Shown here: positions 44,203 through 53,428 of the stretch, one piece after another
Layout of the letters: the number at the start of each line of letters is the position of its first letter
Position numbering within the stretch: the stretch's first letter is position 1
Source: Poseidonia sp.
GTDB lineage: Archaea > Thermoplasmatota > Poseidoniia > Poseidoniales > Poseidoniaceae
Direction: 5' to 3' (one strand)
Assembly (NCBI RefSeq): GCF_029250625.1
Contig: NZ_JAQXEX010000036.1
DNA length: 64,000 bases
Made by a program: the position numbers and the translations under genes
Notes under the pieces: generated by a model
What the model saw: only the letters and a program-made list of their open reading frames with translations
Told to the model about the DNA's origin: nothing
Database searches by the model: none

Positions 44203-44772
44203 ATGGAACTCCTTCCGTTCCCTTGTGTAGCCGTCCATGTTGATGAGGCAAAACACCCAGGTGGCGTTATTGATGCATTTCTCAAAGAGCGTCCATCCTC
44301 TCGCTGGGTATTGCTCGGCGGTCATGCAGTTCAAACAAATGCCCAATTGTGGACCGCTTGGGTGAAAACCACTCGGAATGAATTGAGAGATACTTGTGTG
44401 GCTCGTAGCCTTGATGCTGAATTTATGCGCTACCTCGCAGGTACGCATCACGTGTCCGAAGCATTTGCCCGTGCGGGCTATCAAGATGGTTCCGGAGATG
44501 CGTGGATTCTCCATCTTCCGCAGGCTGAATCCTCTCAGAATTCATTGGGGCATATTCATCCATTGGTGCCAGAAAACGCCTCCATTCCCGGAGACCTTAC
44601 TGCCCTGCTCCATGCCTTGGATTGGAAGGTCAGTGATACTCACATGCAACTTTCTATAGAGAAATCAAAACACCTAGGTGCAGATGTGAGTGCAGTGGAA
44701 TTTGAAGAACTTGAAGAACGACTCATCGCTCATATCTCCATGGCTGATGACCAAAGTGCATCTCACCGATAA
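44203..44772 (+). CDS. cgi121: KEOPS complex subunit Cgi121
   Basis: ARSLDAEFMRYLAGTHHVSEAF..AG motif; follows hel308 as in other euryarchaea. Confidence 0.75.
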   Translation: MELLPFPCVAVHVDEAKHPGGVIDAFLKERPSSRWVLLGGHAVQTNAQLWTAWVKTTRNELRDTCVARSLDAEFMRYLAGTHHVSEAFARAGYQDGSGDAWILHLPQAESSQNSLGHIHPLVPENASIPGDLTALLHALDWKVSDTHMQLSIEKSKHLGADVSAVEFEELEERLIAHISMADDQSASHR

Positions 44773-44810
44773 GGGGAGGGTTCAAAGGCTACTTGTTTTC
44801 ATGATGAATC

Positions 44811-46253
44811 ATGGTAATGGCTGCTAACCAAGGCGAACCCCACATCTCAACTACAGGACGCTATCTTGACCAAGAGAAAGTCCGCAATGCCCTTGATTTG
44901 GCAACAACTTACGGCGCATCCTACGCCGAGGTTCGATTGGTTTCCTTCACACAATCATCTGTTGCAATGAGGGATGGGATACTTGAGCGTGCGATTCCAG
45001 GTCAAGAATTGGGTCTTACGCTACGAATTCTTGCGGACGGTGCTTGGGGCGTCCATTCCACCACCGATATTGCATCCCTTCCGGAGCAAATTGAATCAAC
45101 AACCCGCTTAGCAAAGGCTGTTGCGTCTCGCAGAGCCGACGGGGAAAAGCCAATTGGTCTTGCAGAAATCCCGGTGTTTGAAGATGAACAGCATTGGAAA
45201 TCAAAACTCGATGTGCGTCATACTGAGTTGGATACAAAGATGGATTTAATGAATGATTTCTACAAGGGTGCGAGCCAACACAAGCACGTTGTTTCGGTCA
45301 CCACAGGTTGGAGCGATGAACACATTCACACCGAACTCATGACCTCTGAAGGCATGGACAGGGCTTGGTCGTTTCAACGCTCGTTGGTCCACGGCATGGT
45401 CACTGCTCGGGACGATGCAGAAGTGGTCTCATACCGAACGAGAACTGGAGGGCAAGGCGGCCTTGAACTCATCCAGGGCGTTGATTTAACGGAATTGGGT
45501 GAGCAAGCTCAAACCGCAGCACTTCGCCTTCTCACGGCAGAGCGTGCTCCGTCCGGAAAGATGCCGCTGATCGCAGACAATGATTTGACAGGCGTTTACA
45601 TCCATGAAGCCCTCGGTCACCCTTGTGAGGCGGACTTGGTCGCTGCTGGTGATTCATGCCTGGCAGGAAAACTTGGAGAAAAAATCGGAAATGACATCGT
45701 GACCGTAGTTGATGACCCAACGCTCATGGGTGGATACGGTGCATACCCTATTGACGATGAGGGAGTGAACACACGAGAGAAAGTCCTCATCAAGAACGGC
45801 GTTCTTACCGAATACCTCAATCATCGGGAGACTGCACATCATTTCGGCATGGAGCCTAACGGCGGTGCAAGGGCTCAAGACGGCCTTCATCACCCTCTCG
45901 TTCGTATGTCCAACACCATGATTCAAGGCGGTTCTCACGCAGATTTGGACGAATTGATGGAGGATGTTGAGTACGGCATCTATGCCTGCGGAACCCGAGG
46001 CGGTCAAGTTGACACCGGTCGCGGTTCGTTCCAATTTGCAGCGCAAGAGGCTTGGCTTATCGAAAACGGGGAATTAACCCGTCCACTCAAAGATGTCAGT
46101 GTGAGTGGAATGACCCTTGAAATTCTCAAGAACGTGGATGGGCTTGCCCGTGATGCATCGCTAGCCACGCCTGGGTTCTGCGGGAAAGGTCAAACTGTTC
46201 CCGTTGGAGATGGTGGCCCAGTAATGCGAATACGCGAGGCTTTGGTGGGATGA
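44811..46253 (+). CDS. tldD: TldD metalloprotease
   Basis: HEALGHPCEAD, DDEG, RMSNT, GGQV, CGKGQ.VPVGDGGP. Confidence 0.93.
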   Translation: MVMAANQGEPHISTTGRYLDQEKVRNALDLATTYGASYAEVRLVSFTQSSVAMRDGILERAIPGQELGLTLRILADGAWGVHSTTDIASLPEQIESTTRLAKAVASRRADGEKPIGLAEIPVFEDEQHWKSKLDVRHTELDTKMDLMNDFYKGASQHKHVVSVTTGWSDEHIHTELMTSEGMDRAWSFQRSLVHGMVTARDDAEVVSYRTRTGGQGGLELIQGVDLTELGEQAQTAALRLLTAERAPSGKMPLIADNDLTGVYIHEALGHPCEADLVAAGDSCLAGKLGEKIGNDIVTVVDDPTLMGGYGAYPIDDEGVNTREKVLIKNGVLTEYLNHRETAHHFGMEPNGGARAQDGLHHPLVRMSNTMIQGGSHADLDELMEDVEYGIYACGTRGGQVDTGRGSFQFAAQEAWLIENGELTRPLKDVSVSGMTLEILKNVDGLARDASLATPGFCGKGQTVPVGDGGPVMRIREALVG

Positions 46254-47659
46254 TTATGCTGCCTGATGGTGCACAAGATAGATTGCTTGCCAACGCTCAA
46301 CGCATCGTTGATGCTTGTTCTTCGATCGGGGTTCAACAATGGGACCTCGTAGGATTCCAGTCATACGGTCATGAACTTGATATTGAGGCAGGAAAAATCA
46401 CCATGGCTGGAGGCGGTGGTGAAGGTGGATTTGGAATCCGAGTGGTCGAAGACGGTCGTTTTGGTTTTGCTCACTTGGTCGATGTTTCGGGTGCGGAGCG
46501 TGCGGTCCAGCAAGCGCTGAGTATCGCTCGTAAATCACCCTCGATTGCAAACTTCGTCCTACCCAGCGAGCAGGCAGCCACAAAGGTAGGGGGTATGTGT
46601 GATACAAACATCCTCAATCTTGGCCCTGAGGACCTTCTGGAACAAGCAGACGCTTTGCTCAGTGCGGTGAAAAGTGCAGATGAACGTGCGATCGTAACGG
46701 GTGGAGGCGTAGGAGTCTCTGCGACCGCTTCTTGTCTCCTGAACAGCGAGGGGATTCTGGAAAGCGGATTGACAACATCCCATGGCCTTGGCGTTCAAGT
46801 TACCATCGATAACGATGGGAAGATGACCAGTTCTTACCAAGGCGATTCATCAAGGACAAAAATGGTTGACGTTCCTGATTGTGTAGAGCTCGCCGTTGAC
46901 TGGGCTGTGAGAACTCAACATCCAATTGAAGTTGAACCTGGGGCGTCAGATGCTCCGGTTTTGATGACGAGTGAAGGGTTCTCTCCTTTGTTTTCAATGG
47001 TTGTCCCCCCCGCTATGATGGGTGAGAAGTTGGTTCGAAAAGAATCTTTTTGGACCGGGAAAATGAATCAAAATGTTATGTCTGAAGACCTCTCAATCGT
47101 TGATAACGGTCTCTTGGAGGGTGGTTTCTCATCAGGTTCGCGAGACGGCGAAGGTGTTCCCAAGCGAAAGCAAAGTTTGGTTGAATCCGGTCGGTTGGTG
47201 AACATGCTTTGGTCCACACGAGATGCCGCTCAGCAAGTTGCAGAGGGACGGATTGATGTTGCACAATCAACCGGTTCGGCTGTAAGCCGGGGGCATCAAT
47301 CCCCGCCATCCACCGGTGCCTCTGAACTCATGATGACCTCTGCAAAAGGAAGTCGAACTTTTGACCAGATGCTGGAACAGATGGGTGACGGATACGTTGT
47401 AAACAGCGTGATGGGTGCCCATACCGCCAATCCCACAAGCGGTGACTTTTCGGTGACCACGAGCAGTATTCTTCGCGTCGTAGGCGGCGAAATCATCGGT
47501 CCACTCAAGCAAGCAGGTCTGTCCGGGAATCTTGCAAAGGCCTTGGCGGGTAATGTTGTCCTTGGTGATGATGTCCGCAGACAGGGTTCTTACTCCTCTG
47601 GGAGCATGCATTTACCCGATGTGTTGTTGATGGAAGGGCTACGTGTTAACCCTGCATAA
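46250..47659 (+). CDS. pmbA: TldE/PmbA
   Basis: DGEG.P, GAHTANPTSGDFS, no HExxH; coupled to tldD. Confidence 0.88.
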   Translation: MIMLPDGAQDRLLANAQRIVDACSSIGVQQWDLVGFQSYGHELDIEAGKITMAGGGGEGGFGIRVVEDGRFGFAHLVDVSGAERAVQQALSIARKSPSIANFVLPSEQAATKVGGMCDTNILNLGPEDLLEQADALLSAVKSADERAIVTGGGVGVSATASCLLNSEGILESGLTTSHGLGVQVTIDNDGKMTSSYQGDSSRTKMVDVPDCVELAVDWAVRTQHPIEVEPGASDAPVLMTSEGFSPLFSMVVPPAMMGEKLVRKESFWTGKMNQNVMSEDLSIVDNGLLEGGFSSGSRDGEGVPKRKQSLVESGRLVNMLWSTRDAAQQVAEGRIDVAQSTGSAVSRGHQSPPSTGASELMMTSAKGSRTFDQMLEQMGDGYVVNSVMGAHTANPTSGDFSVTTSSILRVVGGEIIGPLKQAGLSGNLAKALAGNVVLGDDVRRQGSYSSGSMHLPDVLLMEGLRVNPA

Positions 47660-47704
47660 GGCAACACTGGACAAAATCAAAAGCCATTCTTTATGGCCTG
47701 TCGT

Positions 47705-47817
47705 CTTCCGTGGACAGTACCATGGAGGTAAAGGGAGTGTTATATCTGAACCAAACCGCACGAAAGCCCGCAGCCTGTTCTCCGTACAGGTGTCGAACAA
47801 CAATGTCTTACGGAGGG
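47705..47817 (+). promoter_or_regulatory. rpa upstream region: imperfect palindrome (47705-47728), TATA-like GTTATAT near 47740, and a leader hairpin covering the GGAGG RBS (47780-47815)
   Basis: CTTCCGTGG-N6-CCATGGAGG; CTCCGTA...TACGGAG. Confidence 0.4.
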
Positions 47818-47824
47818 TCGCTTG

Positions 47825-49510
47825 ATGTCTGAAGAAAAGTATGCAGATTACGTCCAAGCGGTCGTCAAAGAATGTCCAGACGCCGACCCCGCAGAAGTCG
47901 CTACGGCCTTTGCCAAATACGAAGATGAATTTTACATTCCTCCTCAAGATGCTATGCGCTCAGTACTTCGTCGCTTCAAGAGTGGGACGGGTCCTGCGAC
48001 CACAAGCACGACCACCCGTCAAGAACGGGAAACAAAGAAAGTCGCTACCCTCTCTGAACTGAGCGGTGACGACCGTGATATCGAGATTGAAGTGGCCATT
48101 GTGACTCACAATATCCGTGATCAACTCATTCGCGGAGAGGAGAAGCAAATCGCTTTCGGATTCCTTGAAGACAACCCTTGGGAAGAAGGCGCAACAAAAA
48201 CTCGCTGGGATTACAAAGATTGGGGGACGCACGCCAATCTTGCAGCAGGTAGCATCGTTCGAATAGAGGGTGCGAGCGTCAACGAGTACAACGGTAAAAT
48301 GTCGCTTAACATCAATCAGTCCACAGGTATTGTAGTCCTCAAAGAAGGGGTTGCAACAACGGTTTCTACTAACGACCCCGTTGAAATCAGCAGTGTCCCC
48401 TCTGACGGCTACATCTGCGTCGTCGGAAGAGTACTTACCTCACGCCCTGACCAAATACATCGAAAGGATGGCTCAGGCTCAATCGAAGTTGTTCGTGGGC
48501 GAATTGCTGACGAAACCGGAACGATTGGTTTCCTCTCATGGGAGCCCTTTGACCATGAAGTAGGCTCATTGCTCAAGATTGATGGAGCACAAGTACGAAG
48601 TTTCCGAGACACTCCGGAATTGAACTTCGGACGAACGACCCGCATCGAAGTATTTCACGATGCTAACTTCTCTGACTTGGAAACGCTATCCAACAGCACT
48701 TCCCTTACCATCTCACAGTTCCGAGACGGTTCAAGAGATGTTGATGCAGTCGTCCAAATTACCGAATGGAACAAGCGAAGTTTCACTCGTGATGGGGAAG
48801 AGAAATTCCTTTGGTCGGGGCAAATTGCAGACCCGTCAGGTCGCTGCAGAATGAGCGCATGGCAAGAACTGCCTATTGCTGAAGGAGATTTGCCGGTGAC
48901 GGTTCGACTCAAAGGCGTGCGAATACGAGCATGGCAAGGGATTCCTGATGTGACTGTGGACAACGCAGACCAGGTGGAACTCTTGGAAAGCCCACCTTGG
49001 GATGAAACGATTGACCTCAGCAATCACTCGGTCGAAATATCGCTCACTGAGATGGTCAATGGGCCAAGCCGAGTTGGTATTGAGACCAACGGCCTTGTTG
49101 TTAGCGTTCGAGAAGACTCCGGATTGATTCGTCGCTGTACGGAATGTCGCCGTGTCCTCAGGGACGGTGCCTGTGCAGACCACGGCCCCAATGAAGGAAA
49201 TGAAGATGTCCGTCTCCGACTCGTTGTTGACCACGACGGTTCAACTGCAGCAGTCTTGGTTAACAAAGAGGCCACACTTGCTGCTTTAGGGATGACTTAC
49301 GAAGCGCTTCAAGGGTCGGTTAAAGACCACGGTGACGCCGGATTTGTACAATCTGTGAGGGAACTTCTTCTCGGGAAAACCGTAATTGTTGCAGGACGTA
49401 GTATTGTCGATGAACAGGGTGCAATGTTGCTTGCAGATCGCTTGGAAGCACCTGCTTCGGATTCTCAACTCAGGGCCACTGAGTTGCGTGCTTTGTGGGG
49501 GTGGTCCTGA
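47825..49510 (+). CDS. rpa: Replication protein A large subunit (multiple OB folds plus zinc finger)
   Basis: Three or four OB folds (G.IADETG, IADPSG); SGLIRRCTECRRVL..G.C.DHG zinc finger. Confidence 0.9.
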   Translation: MSEEKYADYVQAVVKECPDADPAEVATAFAKYEDEFYIPPQDAMRSVLRRFKSGTGPATTSTTTRQERETKKVATLSELSGDDRDIEIEVAIVTHNIRDQLIRGEEKQIAFGFLEDNPWEEGATKTRWDYKDWGTHANLAAGSIVRIEGASVNEYNGKMSLNINQSTGIVVLKEGVATTVSTNDPVEISSVPSDGYICVVGRVLTSRPDQIHRKDGSGSIEVVRGRIADETGTIGFLSWEPFDHEVGSLLKIDGAQVRSFRDTPELNFGRTTRIEVFHDANFSDLETLSNSTSLTISQFRDGSRDVDAVVQITEWNKRSFTRDGEEKFLWSGQIADPSGRCRMSAWQELPIAEGDLPVTVRLKGVRIRAWQGIPDVTVDNADQVELLESPPWDETIDLSNHSVEISLTEMVNGPSRVGIETNGLVVSVREDSGLIRRCTECRRVLRDGACADHGPNEGNEDVRLRLVVDHDGSTAAVLVNKEATLAALGMTYEALQGSVKDHGDAGFVQSVRELLLGKTVIVAGRSIVDEQGAMLLADRLEAPASDSQLRATELRALWGWS

Positions 49511-50442
49511 TGCAGCGACAACGAATCGTACGTCAGCCAGCATTCCTCATGCTCGCATCGGAATTCGGCACGGCAACGCTGAACGAAAAGGGGTCTGGAG
49601 AATTTGACCCGTCCTTTGTGATTACCAAATTGGGCTCAAAAGCAAACCGAGTGGTAGTTTGCGGCCTGCTGGAACGACTTGAAATCCGAGAGACAAGCAA
49701 TGGTGCAACGCTTTACCAAGGTCAACTGAGAGATCCAACCGGCTTGCATTACTTCTCTGTCGGGGATTATAATTCCGAAACCATGCGAGAAATGTCCAGC
49801 CAGTGGGCTGGACGCACAGAAGAAGGAGAGCCTATTCTCCTTATGATGACAGCAAAAACGCGATGGTATCAGACGGATGAAGGTGCAGTTTACACTTCTC
49901 TAAGACCAGAAGAGGCGTGTGAAGTAACTCGAGATGTTTATGCAAACTGGCTTCTGGACGCCTGTGAGAGCACAATGGCACGCATGAAGGCTTACACCGC
50001 TTCTTTGGAACTTGAGGCTACCATGGAGGCCTACGAACGAAGTGACCTCCCAAGCGGGATGAAGCAGGGGCTTTTGGCCGCCAGAAACCATTACGACGAA
50101 GTTGACCTTGAACCGTTTAATCTCAATCTTATGCAAGCTTTGGACATTGCTGAAGGAAAAATGGCTGCGGCAACCACGCCACCGCCTATGGTCCGCCTTC
50201 CTGATGGAGATGAACCGAATGGGGAAACCGGTGACGGTGAACTCCGAGGTTTCATTCTTCACGTCGTTCAACACTTTGACCAAGGAGATGGAGTTGATTT
50301 CAACACGATTCTCAAGAATGCAGCAGCCCGAGGCTACGTCCGTGAGCAAGCTGAGGCTATGCTGGATGAGTTGGCTGACAGTGGTGATGTTGACGAACCT
50401 CGTTTTGGCTGGTTCAGGGCCCTTAGCGTCAAAGAAGAATAA
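49510..50442 (+). CDS. RPA-associated protein (RPA2/RPA32-like OB plus C-terminal wHTH)
   Basis: PSFVITKLG..ANRV.VCG, DPTG, SLRPE, C-terminal EPRFGWFR wHTH; overlaps the rpa stop. Confidence 0.8.
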   Translation: MQRQRIVRQPAFLMLASEFGTATLNEKGSGEFDPSFVITKLGSKANRVVVCGLLERLEIRETSNGATLYQGQLRDPTGLHYFSVGDYNSETMREMSSQWAGRTEEGEPILLMMTAKTRWYQTDEGAVYTSLRPEEACEVTRDVYANWLLDACESTMARMKAYTASLELEATMEAYERSDLPSGMKQGLLAARNHYDEVDLEPFNLNLMQALDIAEGKMAAATTPPPMVRLPDGDEPNGETGDGELRGFILHVVQHFDQGDGVDFNTILKNAAARGYVREQAEAMLDELADSGDVDEPRFGWFRALSVKEE

Positions 50443-50493
50443 TCCAACACATTCAAGTCCTTCTTGTGGTGTGGTAAGTTTAGGGGTCACCAC

Positions 50494-50847
50494 ATGCCAG
50501 GAATTGATTTCTTTATCCGTCCCGCAACAGGCACATCAAGTTCTGATTGGTTGCGAATACCAAATGCTGACATCAAAGTCCGTATGACGCGTCGATTGAC
50601 TCGAACGGTCATTCGTGGCCAAGAAGGTGACGACCTTCATGACGAAGGTTCCGAATCCACTGTTTACACTGTTCGTGGCGAACTCTCACTGGATGAATAC
50701 AAATCAGTAATCAGCATGTTTCGCACCGGTCAACCCTACATTCACGATCCTTTCGAAGAGCGAGATGTTAAGGTCATTTTTGCAGCAATGGAATACGACA
50801 GTTCGAATGAACATTTTATGTTTGAATTGTTGGAAGATGTCATCTGA
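50494..50847 (+). CDS. Hypothetical protein resembling phage Mu gpN DNA_circ_N / P2 gpU tail-initiator (tube-fold) domain
   Basis: RRLTRTVIRGQEGDDLHDEGSESTVYTVRGEL...GQPYIHDPF...FELLE parallels the R...H.YP.rdg..veDLG......l.g.l...G..l.HP...F.l.F.E pattern. The ORF is secure; the family call is tentative. Confidence 0.5.
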   Translation: MPGIDFFIRPATGTSSSDWLRIPNADIKVRMTRRLTRTVIRGQEGDDLHDEGSESTVYTVRGELSLDEYKSVISMFRTGQPYIHDPFEERDVKVIFAAMEYDSSNEHFMFELLEDVI

Positions 50848-50857
50848 GGGATTTCAC

Positions 50858-51439
50858 ATGAGGAAACTAGAGGAGAAACGTGAACTTCTCTATGTCATTC
50901 GTACTCTCGACGTGTTGATGTCCTCAGGTGTCGGTCTAGAGGCAGCACTCCACACCATTGGAAAAGGTGGGTACGGAATCATCTCAGAAGACTTTTCGGC
51001 AATGATGAAGCGATTGCAAAAGGGAACCGGTGGCGGTATCGATAAGGAACTCAAATCCTTGATGAAGAAGGCTGAATCCAAGGGATACAAGCGACTATTG
51101 AACACGCTCTACACCAACGTTACTCAAAACACGGACTTGGTTGAAACCCTGAAAAAGCAAGGTGCTCGGATGGAAGAAGAACGTACTGAAGAGGTTGAGA
51201 AATACATCGAAGAACTCGGGGGCGTCCCCGAAACTCTCCTTTCCATTGGGATGATTGGACCAATTATTCTCGCTATTGTCGGGCTTGTCCCACAATTGAT
51301 GTCGGGCGATTTAGGTGCCTTCATGTCACTTCCGCCGGCTTCTACGATCAACGTCGTCGTCAACATTGGACTGTTCATGACGCTTGTGGGTATGTCTCTT
51401 ATTGGATTGAAAGCCCATACTAAGGACCCAGGATTGTGA
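50858..51439 (+). CDS. Type II secretion F / TadC-like pilus platform protein
   Basis: ELLYVIR.L...MSSGVGLE.AL..I....YG.IS.DF T2SSF motif, then two TMs. Confidence 0.85.
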   Translation: MRKLEEKRELLYVIRTLDVLMSSGVGLEAALHTIGKGGYGIISEDFSAMMKRLQKGTGGGIDKELKSLMKKAESKGYKRLLNTLYTNVTQNTDLVETLKKQGARMEEERTEEVEKYIEELGGVPETLLSIGMIGPIILAIVGLVPQLMSGDLGAFMSLPPASTINVVVNIGLFMTLVGMSLIGLKAHTKDPGL

Positions 51440-51449
51440 GGTGAATCGG

Positions 51450-52181
51450 ATGTTGTTTGGATTTCTAGAATCGTTTAACGATGCCCCCCTACTCTTGTAC
51501 CTCGGGGTGTTTTCCATTGCCTGCATTGGAGGAGGGATTCCACCCATGCTTGAACGTCGTCGGCGCAGAGCGATCGAAAATGAATTGCCTGGATTCCTCG
51601 AAGCACTTTCTGACTCAGTAGGTGCTGGTCGTGGCCTCCAAGAAGCAATGATGGAGCAGTCAAACAGCAATGACGGTCCTCTTGCAGCTTTGCTTTCGGA
51701 AACACTGAAAGAAAGCCACGCATCATCTTTTGAAGCAAGTCTTTCTTCCTTTGCAGCAAAAACGAGATCCAGTCAAGTTCAACGGGTCATGGTTTTGATT
51801 GAAACTGCAATTCAGCAGGACTCCTCTTTGCGCGATATTCTCACGGACTTGAGCCGTGATTATGAACGCTTGAATGACCTCATGAACAACAGAGAAAATG
51901 AACTTCAGGGAAGGGGTATCCTCATCATCCTCTTTGTAAGCGTTGGCTTACCTGTGCTCATCGCCTTTATTGTGGGATTGTTTGCCCCCGCAAGTAAGGG
52001 ATTCCAAATCTCTGGTTTCAACCAGACTTTTAGCTACTTTTTCGCTGCAGCATCGGCGATTGGCGTAGGTGTTTCGGGACGTATGATGGGTCGCCTCAAA
52101 GATACACTTTGGTGGCTTCCTCTTTGGATGACCATTTCCATGGGCCTCTACCTAGGGGCAGTAAAAGCAGTCGGAGGTTGA
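51450..52181 (+). CDS. Type II secretion F / TadB-like pilus platform protein
   Basis: IENELPGFLEALSDSVGAGRGL.EA, flanking TM helices. Confidence 0.85.
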   Translation: MLFGFLESFNDAPLLLYLGVFSIACIGGGIPPMLERRRRRAIENELPGFLEALSDSVGAGRGLQEAMMEQSNSNDGPLAALLSETLKESHASSFEASLSSFAAKTRSSQVQRVMVLIETAIQQDSSLRDILTDLSRDYERLNDLMNNRENELQGRGILIILFVSVGLPVLIAFIVGLFAPASKGFQISGFNQTFSYFFAAASAIGVGVSGRMMGRLKDTLWWLPLWMTISMGLYLGAVKAVGG

Positions 52182-52184
52182 AGC

Positions 52185-53426
52185 ATGTCAGAACAAATTT
52201 TGGAACAATACGGACGAGTTACGATTTACACCGAACCCAACCACCCTTCTCCGATTTACCATGTAGATGGAGACATACAGGCCAACCCCTATGGTGACCT
52301 AGCCGCCTTGTTTGAAGACGATGCTCTCGAAGAAGTGATGTACAACGGTGGAACTCAATGCGTCAAAGTCGCTCACCGTGAACATGGAATGTGCCGAACA
52401 AACATTTGGATCGACGATGATTCGGGAATTCAAATTTCAAAGAACATCGCATCCTACACCAATGTCCCCCTTGGTGACGGACCGGGGCTCGTTCCTATCT
52501 TTGATGGCCGATTGCCCGATGGTAGCCGTGTTAACGGAACCATTCCTCCAGTCTCGCCTGACGGTCCAACATTGACCATTCGTAAATTCAAAGAAGACCC
52601 CTTGACAATGATTGATTTGGTCAATTTCGGAACTGTCAATTCACGCCTGGCTGCAATGATGTGGGTTTGGATTGAAGGTCTTGACAGTCGCCCAGCGAAC
52701 TTTGTTATCGCAGGCGGTACTGGTTCGGGTAAGACAACAACACTCAACTGCCTTGGAATGTACATTCCTTGGTCACGCCGTCTTTTGACGGTTGAGGATA
52801 CGGCTGAATTGCAAGTGTACCACGACCACTGGTTGCGGATGGAGACTCGAAGAGAGCGCCCCGATGGTACCCAAGAAGTGGATATGAACGATTGCCTCAA
52901 ATCCAGTCTTCGTATGCGTCCTGACCGAATCATTGTCGGAGAAGTGCGTGGGCCTGAATGTGCAACCTTGCTCACGGCAATGAACACTGGTCACGACGGT
53001 TCCTTTGGTTCCCTCCACGCAAATACGGCTCAAGAAACGGTAACTCGTATGATCAACCCACCGATGAACGTTCCACCGATTATGCTTAGCGGTCTTGACC
53101 TCATCATCATTCAGGCACGCCTCCATGTCAATGGACGAACAGCAAGAAAAATCACAGAAGTAGCTGAAGTTGCAGGTATGGAAGGAGACAAACCCCGCCT
53201 GAACGCCATCTGGAAGTACAATGCAGCAACCGACCAAATCGAAGAAACAGGAATCCCATCGAAGTTGCGAGAGACCATTTGTAACGCAGCGGGTGTGACT
53301 CCTGATGTCTTTGAACGGCACGTCCGTCAACGACAAGCTATCATTGAAGACCTGGTTGAACGAGGGATTTCAGATATTCAAACCGTAACTTCCGTGGTTC
53401 AGAACTTCTATGCTTCACAGCACTGA
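52185..53426 (+). CDS. Type IV pilus/Tad secretion ATPase (VirB11/CpaF/FlaI family)
   Basis: DGSRVN, TIRKF, Walker A GGTGSGKTT, Asp box TVEDTAEL, LRMRPDRIIVGEVRG, His box TGH.GS..SLHA. Confidence 0.93.
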   Translation: MSEQILEQYGRVTIYTEPNHPSPIYHVDGDIQANPYGDLAALFEDDALEEVMYNGGTQCVKVAHREHGMCRTNIWIDDDSGIQISKNIASYTNVPLGDGPGLVPIFDGRLPDGSRVNGTIPPVSPDGPTLTIRKFKEDPLTMIDLVNFGTVNSRLAAMMWVWIEGLDSRPANFVIAGGTGSGKTTTLNCLGMYIPWSRRLLTVEDTAELQVYHDHWLRMETRRERPDGTQEVDMNDCLKSSLRMRPDRIIVGEVRGPECATLLTAMNTGHDGSFGSLHANTAQETVTRMINPPMNVPPIMLSGLDLIIIQARLHVNGRTARKITEVAEVAGMEGDKPRLNAIWKYNAATDQIEETGIPSKLRETICNAAGVTPDVFERHVRQRQAIIEDLVERGISDIQTVTSVVQNFYASQH

Positions 53427-53428
53427 GT

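Noticed and set aside
44811..47659. TldDE as part of a RiPP cluster
   Set aside because: No YcaO, precursor peptide or transporter adjacent; stand-alone tldDE is common in archaea.
50494..53426. Provirus or conjugative element
   Set aside because: No integrase, terminase, capsid, relaxase, VirB4 or att repeats; flanks are core genes and composition looks unchanged.
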